NCBI GenBank assembly: GCA_014238615.1
Contig: JABAAT010000024.1
Coordinates: 23,802 to 87,801 of the forward strand
Length of the DNA stretch: 64,000 bases
Direction of reading: 5' to 3'
DNA from: Gammaproteobacteria bacterium
Lineage (GTDB): Bacteria; Pseudomonadota; Gammaproteobacteria; Porifericomitales; Porifericomitaceae
Each line of letters opens with the position of its first letter. The stretch's first letter is position 1. The notes beneath the pieces were generated by a model. It ran no database searches, was not told the DNA's origin, and saw only the letters and a list, made by a program, of their open reading frames with translations. Below, piece by piece: positions 38,799-47,678 of this stretch. The position numbers and the translations under genes are program-made.

Positions 38799-40009
38799 CA
38801 GCGCCGCCTCAGGCCCATCGCGGCGCGCACTTCCTGTATGTTTTTACGGGCCGCCTCGCGGGCCGCGGCGGTCCCTTCCCTGAGCACCCGATCCACCATT
38901 TCCGGCTCCTTGTCGTATTGCAGCGCGCGCTCCCGGATCGGCTTCAGTTCACTTTGCAGGGTCGTCAGCAGCTTCTTCTTGCAGTCCACGCAACCGATGG
39001 CGGCAGAGCGGCAACCTTCCCGCACCCAGGCGCGGGTCTCCTCATCCGAGCAGACCTGGTGCAGCGGCCACACCGGGCATTTGTCCGGATCTCCCGGATC
39101 GGAGCGGTGCACGCGCGCCGGATCGGTCGCCATGGTCAACAGCTTGCGTCTCACTTCGCCCGGTTCTTCACGCAGGCTGATGGTGTTGTTCAAGGATTTC
39201 GACATCTTGCGACCGTCCAGGCCCGGCAGGCGTGCGGTCTTGTTCAGCAGCGCACGCGGTTCAACCAGGATCGTGCGCCCACCGCCCTCCAGGTAGCCCA
39301 GCAGCCGTTCACGATTGCCGATCGTGATGTTCTGGCGGCGGCGCACCAGCTCCCGGGCGCGCTCCAGCGCCTCGGTGTCACCTTTTTCCTGGAAGCGGCG
39401 GCGCAATTCAAGATACAGGCCCTGGTTGCGCTTGCCCAGCTTCTCGGCGGCTGCCAAGGTCTTTTCCACGAATCCGGCTTCCCGCCCGTACAAGTGGTTG
39501 AAACGCCGCGCGAACTCGCGCGCCAGTTCCACGTGCGCGGCCTGATCCTCCCCCACCGGCACCAACGCCGCCTTGTAGATAAGGATATCGGCCGCCTGCA
39601 GCAGGGGGTAACCCAAAAAGCCGTAGGTCAACAAATCCCGGTTCACCAACTGCCGCTGTTGATCCTTGTAGCTGGGCACCCGCTCCAGCCAGCCCAGGGG
39701 CGTGATCATGGCCAGCAGCAACTGCAGTTCGGCGTGTTCAGGCACCCACGACTGCAGGAAGATACGGCAGGCGGAAGGATTCAGGCCCACCGCCAGCCAA
39801 TCCACCACTATGCCCCGGGCATGCTCGGCCAGCTCCACCGGGTTTTCGTACTCGGTGGTTAAAGCATGCCAATCGGCGACGAAGAAGAAGCACTCGTGCC
39901 GCTCCTGCAACTCGAGCCAATTCTTCAGGACACCGTAATAGTGGCCCAAATGCAACGGGCCCGTGGGGCGCATGCCGGAGAGTACCCGCTGCCCGGGAGT
40001 CTCAGTCAC
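38798..40009 (-). CDS. trpS: Tryptophan--tRNA ligase
   Basis: SGMRPTGPLHLGHY, ADWHALTT, YPLLQAADIL, VPVGEDQ, KMSKS. Confidence 0.97.
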   Translation of the reverse strand: MTETPGQRVLSGMRPTGPLHLGHYYGVLKNWLELQERHECFFFVADWHALTTEYENPVELAEHARGIVVDWLAVGLNPSACRIFLQSWVPEHAELQLLLAMITPLGWLERVPSYKDQQRQLVNRDLLTYGFLGYPLLQAADILIYKAALVPVGEDQAAHVELAREFARRFNHLYGREAGFVEKTLAAAEKLGKRNQGLYLELRRRFQEKGDTEALERARELVRRRQNITIGNRERLLGYLEGGGRTILVEPRALLNKTARLPGLDGRKMSKSLNNTISLREEPGEVRRKLLTMATDPARVHRSDPGDPDKCPVWPLHQVCSDEETRAWVREGCRSAAIGCVDCKKKLLTTLQSELKPIRERALQYDKEPEMVDRVLREGTAAAREAARKNIQEVRAAMGLRRR

Positions 40010-40248
40010 CGCTCACCCTCACGCGCCCGGGGCAATTCCGGCGCCCATACCGCTGGCGCTTCATCATGCCGGATCAGCATACCATGGCGTCGCCCCGGCA
40101 TAGCGGGACATGGCGCCCAGTATAGCGAAACAATCCGAAACTGCGCTATCATGCATGGTATCGGTAGGGGAGCCGGCCCGAAACAGCAACGCTCCCGGCC
40201 GCCGGTCGTTGCCGCACACCTTCACCTTGAGCATCCGCCGCACATCCC

Positions 40249-40830
40249 ATGAAAATCCTGCTTGACCTGCTGCCCGTCTGTGCTTTCTTCATCGTTTACT
40301 TCCTGCCGGAAGATCGCGACGCGGCCATGTTTTACGCCACCGGGGCGGCCTTGGTCGCATGCATCCTGGTGACCGCGGTGCAGCGCCTGCGCACCGGCTC
40401 CTATGACAAGCTGCAGCTGGCCACGCTCGGCATCATCCTGGTGCTGGGCGGCTTAACCCTGCTGCTCCGTGACAAGACTCTGTTCATGTGGAAACCGACC
40501 GTGGTCTATTGGCTGTTCGGAATGCTCTTCCTGGGCAGCCACCTGGTCCCGGGCCGACCCCTGGCGGCGCGACTGCTGGAGCATGCGCTGCGCCTGCCGG
40601 AAACCGCATGGAAACGCCTCAACCTGAGCTGGGCGGCCTTCTTCGCCGCGCTGGGCGGTGCCAACCTGTATGTCGCATTTTCCTTCAGCGAAGTCTTTTG
40701 GGTCAACTTTAAGCTTTTCGGCTGCACCGCCCTGATGCTGCTGTTCTGCGTGCTTCAGGCCTTCTACATCGTGCGCCACGCGCCGCCCGACGCCCCAGGC
40801 GGGGACGCCGCGATCCAGGACGGCTCCTGA
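40249..40830 (+). CDS. yciB: Intracellular septation protein A (YciB)
   Basis: FMWKPTVVYWLF, W..LN..WA.FF, WVNFKLFG. Confidence 0.92.
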   Translation: MKILLDLLPVCAFFIVYFLPEDRDAAMFYATGAALVACILVTAVQRLRTGSYDKLQLATLGIILVLGGLTLLLRDKTLFMWKPTVVYWLFGMLFLGSHLVPGRPLAARLLEHALRLPETAWKRLNLSWAAFFAALGGANLYVAFSFSEVFWVNFKLFGCTALMLLFCVLQAFYIVRHAPPDAPGGDAAIQDGS

Positions 40831-40841
40831 GGAACGCGGGC

Positions 40842-41147
40842 ATGTGGTACGCGATCATCGGTGAGGACGTCGAGGACAGCCTGGAACTGCGTCGCAAGCA
40901 CCGCCCCGAGCATCTGCGGCGCCTGGAAGCTTTGCGCGACGAGGGTCGCCTGCTGCTGGCCGGCCCCTTTCCGGCCATCGACAATCCGGAGCCCGGCGCG
41001 GCTGGCTTCAGCGGCAGCCTGATCGTCGCGGAATTCGACTCGCTCCGCTCCGCCGAGCAATGGTCTATCGACGATCCTTACGCGCGTAACAAGGTTTACG
41101 CACACACCACCATCAAACCTTTCAAGAAAGTATTGCCCAATGCCTGA
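40842..41147 (+). CDS. yciI: YciI family protein
   Basis: RPEHLRRL, GRLLLAGP, GSLIVAEF, DPY. Confidence 0.92.
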   Translation: MWYAIIGEDVEDSLELRRKHRPEHLRRLEALRDEGRLLLAGPFPAIDNPEPGAAGFSGSLIVAEFDSLRSAEQWSIDDPYARNKVYAHTTIKPFKKVLPNA

Positions 41148-41427
41148 AGAATCCGATCCCATAGAACAACCCGTCATGGCTGCCCTGCGCAGCCGCCTGG
41201 AACGCTCCCTGCTCCCGAACCGCCTGGAAATCAAGGATCAGTCCTTGCTGCATGCGGGACACGGCGCCACCGGGGGCCATTTCATGATCACCGTGGTCTC
41301 CGAGCGTTTTATCAACCTGTCGCAGGTGGACCGCCATCGCCTGATCTACGAAGCGGTGGGAAACTTGATTCCGGAAGCCATCCATGCGCTCGGCATCAAG
41401 GCCCTGTCTCCCGAAGAAGGCACTTAG
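41140..41427 (+). CDS. bolA: BolA family protein
   Basis: DQS..HAGH, HFMITVVSERF, RHRLIY, IHAL. Confidence 0.92.
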   Translation: MPEESDPIEQPVMAALRSRLERSLLPNRLEIKDQSLLHAGHGATGGHFMITVVSERFINLSQVDRHRLIYEAVGNLIPEAIHALGIKALSPEEGT

Positions 41428-41515
41428 TGGATACCGGTCCCGCGCGGACGACGCCCGCCGCCCCGGGCGCCGGGAACGACCGGGCGGCAAGGTCTCCGGC
41501 ACCCCACCGGCCCGC

Positions 41516-42709
41516 GTGAACGCTCCCGGCGGGGTCCTGGAACTTGCCATGGAACTGCTGCGCCGGCCCTCGATCACTCCCAGGGACGCGGGCTGCCAGG
41601 AACTCCTGGCACAACGCTTGGCGCGACACGGCTTCCAACACCGGGACCTGTCCCACGGGGAGGTGTGCAACAGTTGGCTGTGGCGCGGCACGGGACGGCC
41701 GCTGTTCGCCTTCCTGGGACATACCGACGTGGTGCCGCCGGGACCTGAGGAGGACTGGAGTACGCCGCCCTTTGCACCGACCCTGCGCAACGACTGCCTC
41801 TACGGGCGCGGCGCGGCTGACATGAAAGGCTCCATCGCCGCCATGACGGTGGCCGCGGAAGCCTTCCTGGCGCGGCATCCTGAACACCCCGGCAGCCTCG
41901 GCCTGCTGCTTACCAGCGACGAGGAGGGCCCAGCCCTGAACGGTACAAAATACGCCGCCGGATGCCTCGCGGAAGCAGGCCTGGTGCCCGACTACTGCCT
42001 GGTGGGAGAGCCCTCCAGCGAACAGGTTTTGGGTGACACCATCAAGGTGGGGCGGCGCGGCTCCCTCCAGGGACGCCTGCAGGTCCTGGGACGGCAGGGC
42101 CATATCGCCTACCCGGAGCGCGCCGATAACGCCCTGCACCGGGTGCTGCCGGCGCTGGCCGCCCTGTGCGCGGAACGCTGGGACGAGGGCGATGAGCGCT
42201 TTCCCCCCACCTCCTTCCAGGTCTCCAACCTGCATGCCGGGGTGGGCGCGGAGAACGTGGTTCCCGGACGCGCCGAGATCCGCTTCAACTTCCGCTACGC
42301 TCCCAGCTCCGACACGGCCGGGCTGCAGCGCCGGGTCAACGAGATCCTGGCGCGCCACAAGCTGCGCTATGAGCTTGACTGGCAGCATTCGGCGGAGCCT
42401 TTCCACACCCGGGGCGGCCGCCTCCTGGAGGCCGCGCGCGCGGCCGTGCGCGAAGTCACCGGCAGAGACTGCGCGCTCTCCACCAGCGGGGGCACCTCGG
42501 ACGGCCGCTTCCTGGCGCCGCTGGGCGCGGAAGTGCTGGAATGCGGGCCGCTCAACGCGAGCATCCACCAGGTGGACGAACACCTGGCGCTCAAGGACCT
42601 CGAACTGCTGGCGCGCCTGTATCAGCGCGTCCTGGAAAACCTGCTGCTCGGCTCGTCCGCGCCCGGGCGGGAGGCCGCGGGCGTCGCTGCCATGGTCAGC
42701 GATGGCTAG
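41516..42709 (+). CDS. dapE: Succinyl-diaminopimelate desuccinylase
   Basis: GHTDVVP, GRGAADMKG, DEEG, GEPSS, GRRGS, GHIAYP, TSGGTSDGRF, IHQVDE; start approximate. Confidence 0.96.
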   Translation: MNAPGGVLELAMELLRRPSITPRDAGCQELLAQRLARHGFQHRDLSHGEVCNSWLWRGTGRPLFAFLGHTDVVPPGPEEDWSTPPFAPTLRNDCLYGRGAADMKGSIAAMTVAAEAFLARHPEHPGSLGLLLTSDEEGPALNGTKYAAGCLAEAGLVPDYCLVGEPSSEQVLGDTIKVGRRGSLQGRLQVLGRQGHIAYPERADNALHRVLPALAALCAERWDEGDERFPPTSFQVSNLHAGVGAENVVPGRAEIRFNFRYAPSSDTAGLQRRVNEILARHKLRYELDWQHSAEPFHTRGGRLLEAARAAVREVTGRDCALSTSGGTSDGRFLAPLGAEVLECGPLNASIHQVDEHLALKDLELLARLYQRVLENLLLGSSAPGREAAGVAAMVSDG

Positions 42710-43796
42710 TCGGCAATTGGTGGGCAGTCCCTGCTTACGCCGGCCGCGCCGTTGTTTCAAGGCCGCCCGAGTGCTGTTCCTGGCGCTGCTGCCGGCGCTC
42801 ATCACCTCCTGTGCGCCGGTCACCCGTCTCCCCACGATCGACCCCGCCCTGGTAGAGCAGGAGCGCAGACTACAGCAAAACCTGGCGATTCGAACGTGGC
42901 AGAAGGACATCAGCCGCCTGCACAGGGTAGCCGCTCCCCTGCTGCGCGTCGCCACACCCGAATGCCCCGGGGAACTCCACGGCCAGCCCGGCTTCCTGAC
43001 CGTCACGGACTCCACCTTCCCTGAAGCCATGCACCGCACGGCGCGGGAAATCTACCGGGGAATCTCTACCCGGCTGGTCATCCTCGACGTGTTGCCGGAG
43101 TCCCCGGCCGCCGCCGCCGGGCTGCGCGAGGGAGACCTGCTCACCGCCCTGAATGGAGCGGCCCTCGGCACGGGGCGGCGCGCCCAACAACGATTGAACA
43201 GCCTCTCCATGAACGAGAACGCGCACCTGGAATTGGAACGCGCCGGGACGGTGCTGCACGTCAGCTATCGACCGCGGACAGCCTGTTCCTACGAAATCCT
43301 CTACCTGAACTCGCAGGACGAGATCAACGCTTACGCCGACGGCCACGCCATCGCGCTGACCCGGGGCATGCTGCGCTTCGTCATGGACGACCGGGACCTG
43401 GCCCTGGTCATCACCCACGAGATCTCCCACAACTCCATGGGTCATATCACGAAAAAACAAGGCAACGTGCTGCTCGGCAGCCTTGCGGATTTGTTGATCT
43501 CCGCGGCCACCGGAGTCCACACCGGCATTTTCAGCAACCTTGCCAGCACGGCTTTCTCCCAGGAGTTTGAAGCAGAAGCCGACTACGTGGGACTCTACCT
43601 GATGGCGCGCGCCGGCTACGACCTGGAGGGAGTCGCGGATTTCTGGCGGCGTATGTCCGTGGAGCACTCGGGAAGCATTGACATCGGTTCCACTCATCCC
43701 ACCTCTCCGGAACGCTTCCTCTCGATCAACGCGACAACCCGGGAGTTACATCTGAAACAGGAGCAGGGCCTGCCCCTGAAGCCGGAACTCAAGTAA
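42702..43796 (+). CDS. PDZ-domain M48 family metalloprotease, probable lipoprotein
   Basis: Lipobox-like LITSC, PDZ (SPAAAAGLREGD), INAYA, HEISH, EFEAEADYVG, THP. Confidence 0.88.
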   Translation: MASRQLVGSPCLRRPRRCFKAARVLFLALLPALITSCAPVTRLPTIDPALVEQERRLQQNLAIRTWQKDISRLHRVAAPLLRVATPECPGELHGQPGFLTVTDSTFPEAMHRTAREIYRGISTRLVILDVLPESPAAAAGLREGDLLTALNGAALGTGRRAQQRLNSLSMNENAHLELERAGTVLHVSYRPRTACSYEILYLNSQDEINAYADGHAIALTRGMLRFVMDDRDLALVITHEISHNSMGHITKKQGNVLLGSLADLLISAATGVHTGIFSNLASTAFSQEFEAEADYVGLYLMARAGYDLEGVADFWRRMSVEHSGSIDIGSTHPTSPERFLSINATTRELHLKQEQGLPLKPELK

Positions 43797-43819
43797 CGGA
43801 AGCCGGAACTCAAGTAACG
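43778..43819 (+). repeat. Exact 21-bp tandem duplication spanning the M48 gene stop codon
   Basis: GAAGCCGGAACTCAAGTAACG at 43778-43798 and 43799-43819. Confidence 0.9.
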
Positions 43820-43931
43820 GAACACGGTGGGCCCCCCACGTCGCTAAAACCCGACAGCCCACCGATAACGCCGAGGTCGGCCCCAGACGACAGGGCGGGC
43901 GCCCGCGTCCGTGGCGGAGCTTACGACCGCC

Positions 43932-44235
43932 GGCCGTTACGTTCCATCATCTACTTAGTAGGGGAATGGGGGTGAAAGCGGCGGAAATGGTATATTATTC
44001 CCTGTTTTTAGGGAATTACCTACTATAATCCTCACAAATCCCCATGATTTTCACATAACCCTGTCCTATTTGCCCTGTCCCGCCTGGTGGGGGAAATGGG
44101 GGTGAAAGCGACGGGAGCAGCCGGAGCATCTGCCCGTGGGTGTCTAACTCGTTAGAGGGTTGAGGAAAGAGCGCAGAGGGTGTCTCCACGCTGCGCCGCA
44201 ACCAACCTGCGGCACCAACACTTAACGTAACGGCT
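43932..44235. mobile_element. MITE-like non-coding element A with terminal inverted repeats
   Basis: GGCCGTTACGTT (43932-43943) ... AACGTAACGGCT (44224-44235); AT-rich interior; no transposase. Confidence 0.4.
43965..44110 (+). repeat. 16-bp direct repeat AATGGGGGTGAAAGCG x2, 130 bp apart
   Basis: Copies at 43965-43980 and 44095-44110; the core GGGGGTGAAAG recurs at 48193-48203. Confidence 0.85.
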
Positions 44236-46483
44236 CCCCGGCTTGCAGGGAACGCAGCAGTTCCTCGGCTTCGCCGAGAAAGGGGGATTGGATCTCTCTC
44301 AGGATGCGCACGGCCCGGCCGACCTGTTGCTCGGCTTCATCCGTTCTGCCGGCTTCCTGCAGCAGCTCGGCGCCTCCCATCAGGGCCGCCGCCCCGTGAC
44401 CGCGGAGTACGGGGGTGGCCGCTTCGGCATAGTGCTCGGAGATTTCCTGGAATGCCTGGATGCCGGCTGCCCGGTCTCCATGCGCCACCAGGGTGGCCCA
44501 CTCCATGCGCAATTCGACCACGGTCTGCTGCAGGAGGGGGTGGCTCTCCTTACCATAGCGTTCCAGCGCGGCCTCCAGGAGCTTGATGCCCTTGCCGGAC
44601 TGCTGCAGCTGCAACAGCATCTGGCTGCGGTGCAGGTGAGCCAGGATCACCAGGTGCCTGACCTCCGGTGCGGGGTCGAGCAGGAATTCCTGGATCATCC
44701 CATCAAGGGAGTCAGCGGCCTCGCGCAGGCGGCCCGCAATGGCGGCGGCGATATTGCGGTACAGCCAGGCCGCGGCCAGGGCCGCCCGGGTGGCATCGCT
44801 AAAGGTGGTCGCCGACGCCTGCAGTTGCAGCAGGGGCTCCAGGACATCAATGGCCTTCTCCCAATCCTGCATGCGGTATAACAGCAACCCTTGATGGGTC
44901 TCGAGCTGGATGCGCGCCTGGGTCTGCGCCGGAAGCTTCCCGGTAAAGCGTTGCAGCGCCTGCTGAATGGCCTGCAGCGCCTCCACGGTCAGGCCGGCCC
45001 GCTCCAACAACCGGCTCTTGCCGATGAACAGGCGCGCACTCGCTTCCTGCAACTTCGCATCTTCGGATTCCGCGTGGCGCGCGGCGGCCTCTTCCAATAC
45101 CTCCAGGGCTTCCGGCAGACGCTGCGCGGCGGCCAGGAGCTCGGCCTGGTATTCCGCGACATCCAGAAGCCGCTCCTGGACCCGTGGGGACGGATCCGCG
45201 CTGAAACGCCGTTGGACGCGCTCAAAGGCCGCCAGCCGCCGTTCCTCCGCCGTGGCTTTTTCTTCTCCTTCTCCCTCCCATTCCTCGTGCTCCCCCCGCA
45301 GCAGCAGGGAGCGCAGGGCATAGGCACGTAAAGCTCCCTCCTCGTCATCCTGAAGGCTTTGCTCCAGGTCTCGCAGGGTCTCACGCGCCGCCCCCGGGCG
45401 CCGCGTTTCCACGAGGGTGGCGGCTCTCTGGATGCGGGCCTCCGCGACAAGTCGGCGCAGCATGACCGGGGTGGCGGCGGAGTAGCGCTCGACCAGCACG
45501 GCATAAAGCTCCAGGGCTTCCTCGTGGCGCTCCAGCCGTCGCAACAACCAGCCCTGCCTGAGCCGCGCCCGTGCCGCCCGGACACGCACCTCCTCCAGCC
45601 TGCTGTCCTCTCCCGCCTCGGCCAGGGTTTGCAGGGTCTGTGCAGCCTGGGCGAGTTCTCCGTTGGACTCCAGCACCTGGCTCTGCTGCAACAGCATCCG
45701 GGTGGCCAAGCTTTGCAACGCCGGGGAAGGGACGCCGGCCGCGTAGCGCTCCAGGAAATACTCCAGCACTTCCAACTGCTCGTCACGGCGGTCCAAACGC
45801 GCCAAGGTCAGCGCCTGCGCCTGCAGCGCGCGTCCGATCAGCAGTTGGCGGCGCTCTTCCAACTCCCACCCGGGAGACGGGGGACGAGCGGCGCGCTGGT
45901 AGGATTCCAGCGCTTCCCGCGGACGCATGAGCAGGGTCAGCATGTCTCCCTGGACCAACCAGGCTTCCGCGAGCAGATCCTCCAGGTCGGGTTCGGCGCC
46001 GTATTCCTCAAGCGTTTCCCGCAGCACGCGCTCGGCTTCTTCCGGACGGCCGAGCCGGGCGTGGGCGAAACCTTCCACCAATCCAGCCACTGCCAGGGCC
46101 GGGCGCGGGGCCGACTCCCGCATGCCGGCCGCGGGCCGGGCAAGCAGGGCCCGGCTCTCCTTCAATGCCTCCTCCGTACGCCCCAGGCGCAGCAACGCCA
46201 GGGCCCGGAAGGCCAGCGCTTTCAGGCGATCCGCCTCGTCCTCGGCCAGCTCCAGGGCGCGCTCCAGGGAGGTCAGGGCCGTTTCCGGTTGCCCCTGGCG
46301 CAGGGTTCCAACGCCGGCGCGCAACCAGGCATTGAAGTCGCCCGGTGCGCTCCCGGTGTCCTGTTCCGCCGACTCGGAGGCCGCCCCGGCCGGCTCAGCC
46401 TGGGCCAGCAAAAGCAGGGTTGAACAGGAGACGCCCGCCGGGCAGTCCACGCCCAGCAGGCTGACGAGCAACAGGTGAAACAT
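44222..46483 (-). CDS. Large TPR-repeat protein, probably exported
   Basis: Hydrophobic N-terminus, then many roughly 45-aa repeats (A.A....G..L..L.R.EEAL..Y..L.ERY). Confidence 0.85.
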   Translation of the reverse strand: MFHLLLVSLLGVDCPAGVSCSTLLLLAQAEPAGAASESAEQDTGSAPGDFNAWLRAGVGTLRQGQPETALTSLERALELAEDEADRLKALAFRALALLRLGRTEEALKESRALLARPAAGMRESAPRPALAVAGLVEGFAHARLGRPEEAERVLRETLEEYGAEPDLEDLLAEAWLVQGDMLTLLMRPREALESYQRAARPPSPGWELEERRQLLIGRALQAQALTLARLDRRDEQLEVLEYFLERYAAGVPSPALQSLATRMLLQQSQVLESNGELAQAAQTLQTLAEAGEDSRLEEVRVRAARARLRQGWLLRRLERHEEALELYAVLVERYSAATPVMLRRLVAEARIQRAATLVETRRPGAARETLRDLEQSLQDDEEGALRAYALRSLLLRGEHEEWEGEGEEKATAEERRLAAFERVQRRFSADPSPRVQERLLDVAEYQAELLAAAQRLPEALEVLEEAAARHAESEDAKLQEASARLFIGKSRLLERAGLTVEALQAIQQALQRFTGKLPAQTQARIQLETHQGLLLYRMQDWEKAIDVLEPLLQLQASATTFSDATRAALAAAWLYRNIAAAIAGRLREAADSLDGMIQEFLLDPAPEVRHLVILAHLHRSQMLLQLQQSGKGIKLLEAALERYGKESHPLLQQTVVELRMEWATLVAHGDRAAGIQAFQEISEHYAEAATPVLRGHGAAALMGGAELLQEAGRTDEAEQQVGRAVRILREIQSPFLGEAEELLRSLQAGEPLR

Positions 46484-46557
46484 GGGTATTCCAGCGTCCG
46501 GAAAAAAGCGGGGCGGTGTGAGCAGGCGCCGGGAAGCACGGCTAAGCTCGGGGGGAT

Positions 46558-46563
46558 ATTATA
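46558..46563 (-). promoter_or_regulatory. Possible -10 box for the TPR gene
   Basis: Perfect TATAAT on the minus strand, 75 bp upstream of the start; no good -35. Confidence 0.3.
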
Positions 46564-46676
46564 GCCGCGCGCCTCCTTGGCACGGACGCCGCACCCCCGC
46601 CTTCCTTATCATGGGCGCTGCATCGTGAAGCTCCGCCCCGCGCCGCCCACGACGCCTTCAGACAACCCATTACTGC

Positions 46677-47678
46677 ATGCCGGATCCAAATCATTCCCCC
46701 CCCGCATTCGCCTCCCCTCCACACTGGCACAGCGGGGCCACGGTGCGCGCCATCATGCTGGAAGTCGCTGCGGCCCTGCTGCCCGGTCTGCTGGTCGCCC
46801 TCTGGCTGCGCGGTCCGGCGCTGCTCACCCACCTGCTGCTGGCCTGCGCCACCGCCTGGGGCATTGAATGGTGCGCCCTGCGCCTGCGCGGGCAACGTCC
46901 TCAAGCACCGATAGGCGACGGCAGCGCGCTGATCACGGCCATGTTGCTCGCCATCTGCCTGCCCTCCTCCGCGCCCTGGTACCTGACGGTCAGCGGCACC
47001 GCCTTCGCGCTGGGCGTGGTCAAGCATTGCTACGGAGGCCTGGGACAAAACATCTTCAACCCGGCCATGGCGGGCTATGTTTTCGTGCTGCTGTGCTTCC
47101 CGGCGGAACTGCTGAACCACCCGCCGCCCGGCGCCGCGCCTGGTTTATGGGCGGCCCTGGGCACCCCGTTCGGCCTGGTCAGCAACGCCGCTCCGGCGGC
47201 TTTCGTGCAGGCCGGACTGCACTCCCAGGGGACGCTCGCGGAATTGCGGGCGCCTGGGCTGGAATGGCCGGAACAGGGACAGGTGTGGCTGGCGGCGGCC
47301 TGGTTCATCGGCGGAGCCTGGTTGCTGGCGCGCCGCATCATCCGTTGGCGCATTCCCCTGGCCATGCTGGGCGCACTCGGCCTGGCCGCCCTGCTCACCG
47401 GCATGCTGGACGACCAACGCTTTGCCTCGGCCTGGTTTCACTGGCTGCACGGCGGCGCCATACTGGCTGCCTTTTTCATTGCCACGGACCCGGTGAGCAG
47501 CGCCTCGACGCCGCGCGGACAACTATTCTACGGCGCCGGCATCGGGCTGCTGACCTGGTACATGCGCAACTGGGGCGACTCCGCCGGCGCAATCGCCTTT
47601 GCAGTGCTGATCATGAATGCCTTTGCACCGCTGCTGGACTCCCTGCCGCACCGCCCGGCACCGGGTGCAGAAGTTTGA
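46677..47678 (+). CDS. rnfD: Rnf/Rsx electron transport complex subunit D (orphan; FMN-acceptor Thr absent)
   Basis: SPPHWH..IM..V..ALLPG, DGSALITAMLLA..LP, KHCYGGLGQNIFNPAM, AFFIATDPVS, AFAVLIMNAFAPLLD. Confidence 0.93.
   Translation: MPDPNHSPPAFASPPHWHSGATVRAIMLEVAAALLPGLLVALWLRGPALLTHLLLACATAWGIEWCALRLRGQRPQAPIGDGSALITAMLLAICLPSSAPWYLTVSGTAFALGVVKHCYGGLGQNIFNPAMAGYVFVLLCFPAELLNHPPPGAAPGLWAALGTPFGLVSNAAPAAFVQAGLHSQGTLAELRAPGLEWPEQGQVWLAAAWFIGGAWLLARRIIRWRIPLAMLGALGLAALLTGMLDDQRFASAWFHWLHGGAILAAFFIATDPVSSASTPRGQLFYGAGIGLLTWYMRNWGDSAGAIAFAVLIMNAFAPLLDSLPHRPAPGAEV

Noticed and set aside
42033-42701. Upstream extension of the 587-aa M48 ORF overlapping dapE
   Set aside because: It is a shadow frame over dapE; the real start is about 42702.
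25612-43039. Long antisense ORFs (e.g. 25612-27288, 29765-31396, 38705-39862, 41396-43039)
   Set aside because: They lie opposite well-identified genes and have Arg/Pro/Ala/Gln-rich composition typical of high-GC shadow ORFs.
44142-44157. GTCTAAC-TC-GTTAGAG, attC-like core boxes
   Set aside because: Only 2 bp separate the boxes, there are no L boxes, no integrase and no cassette array.
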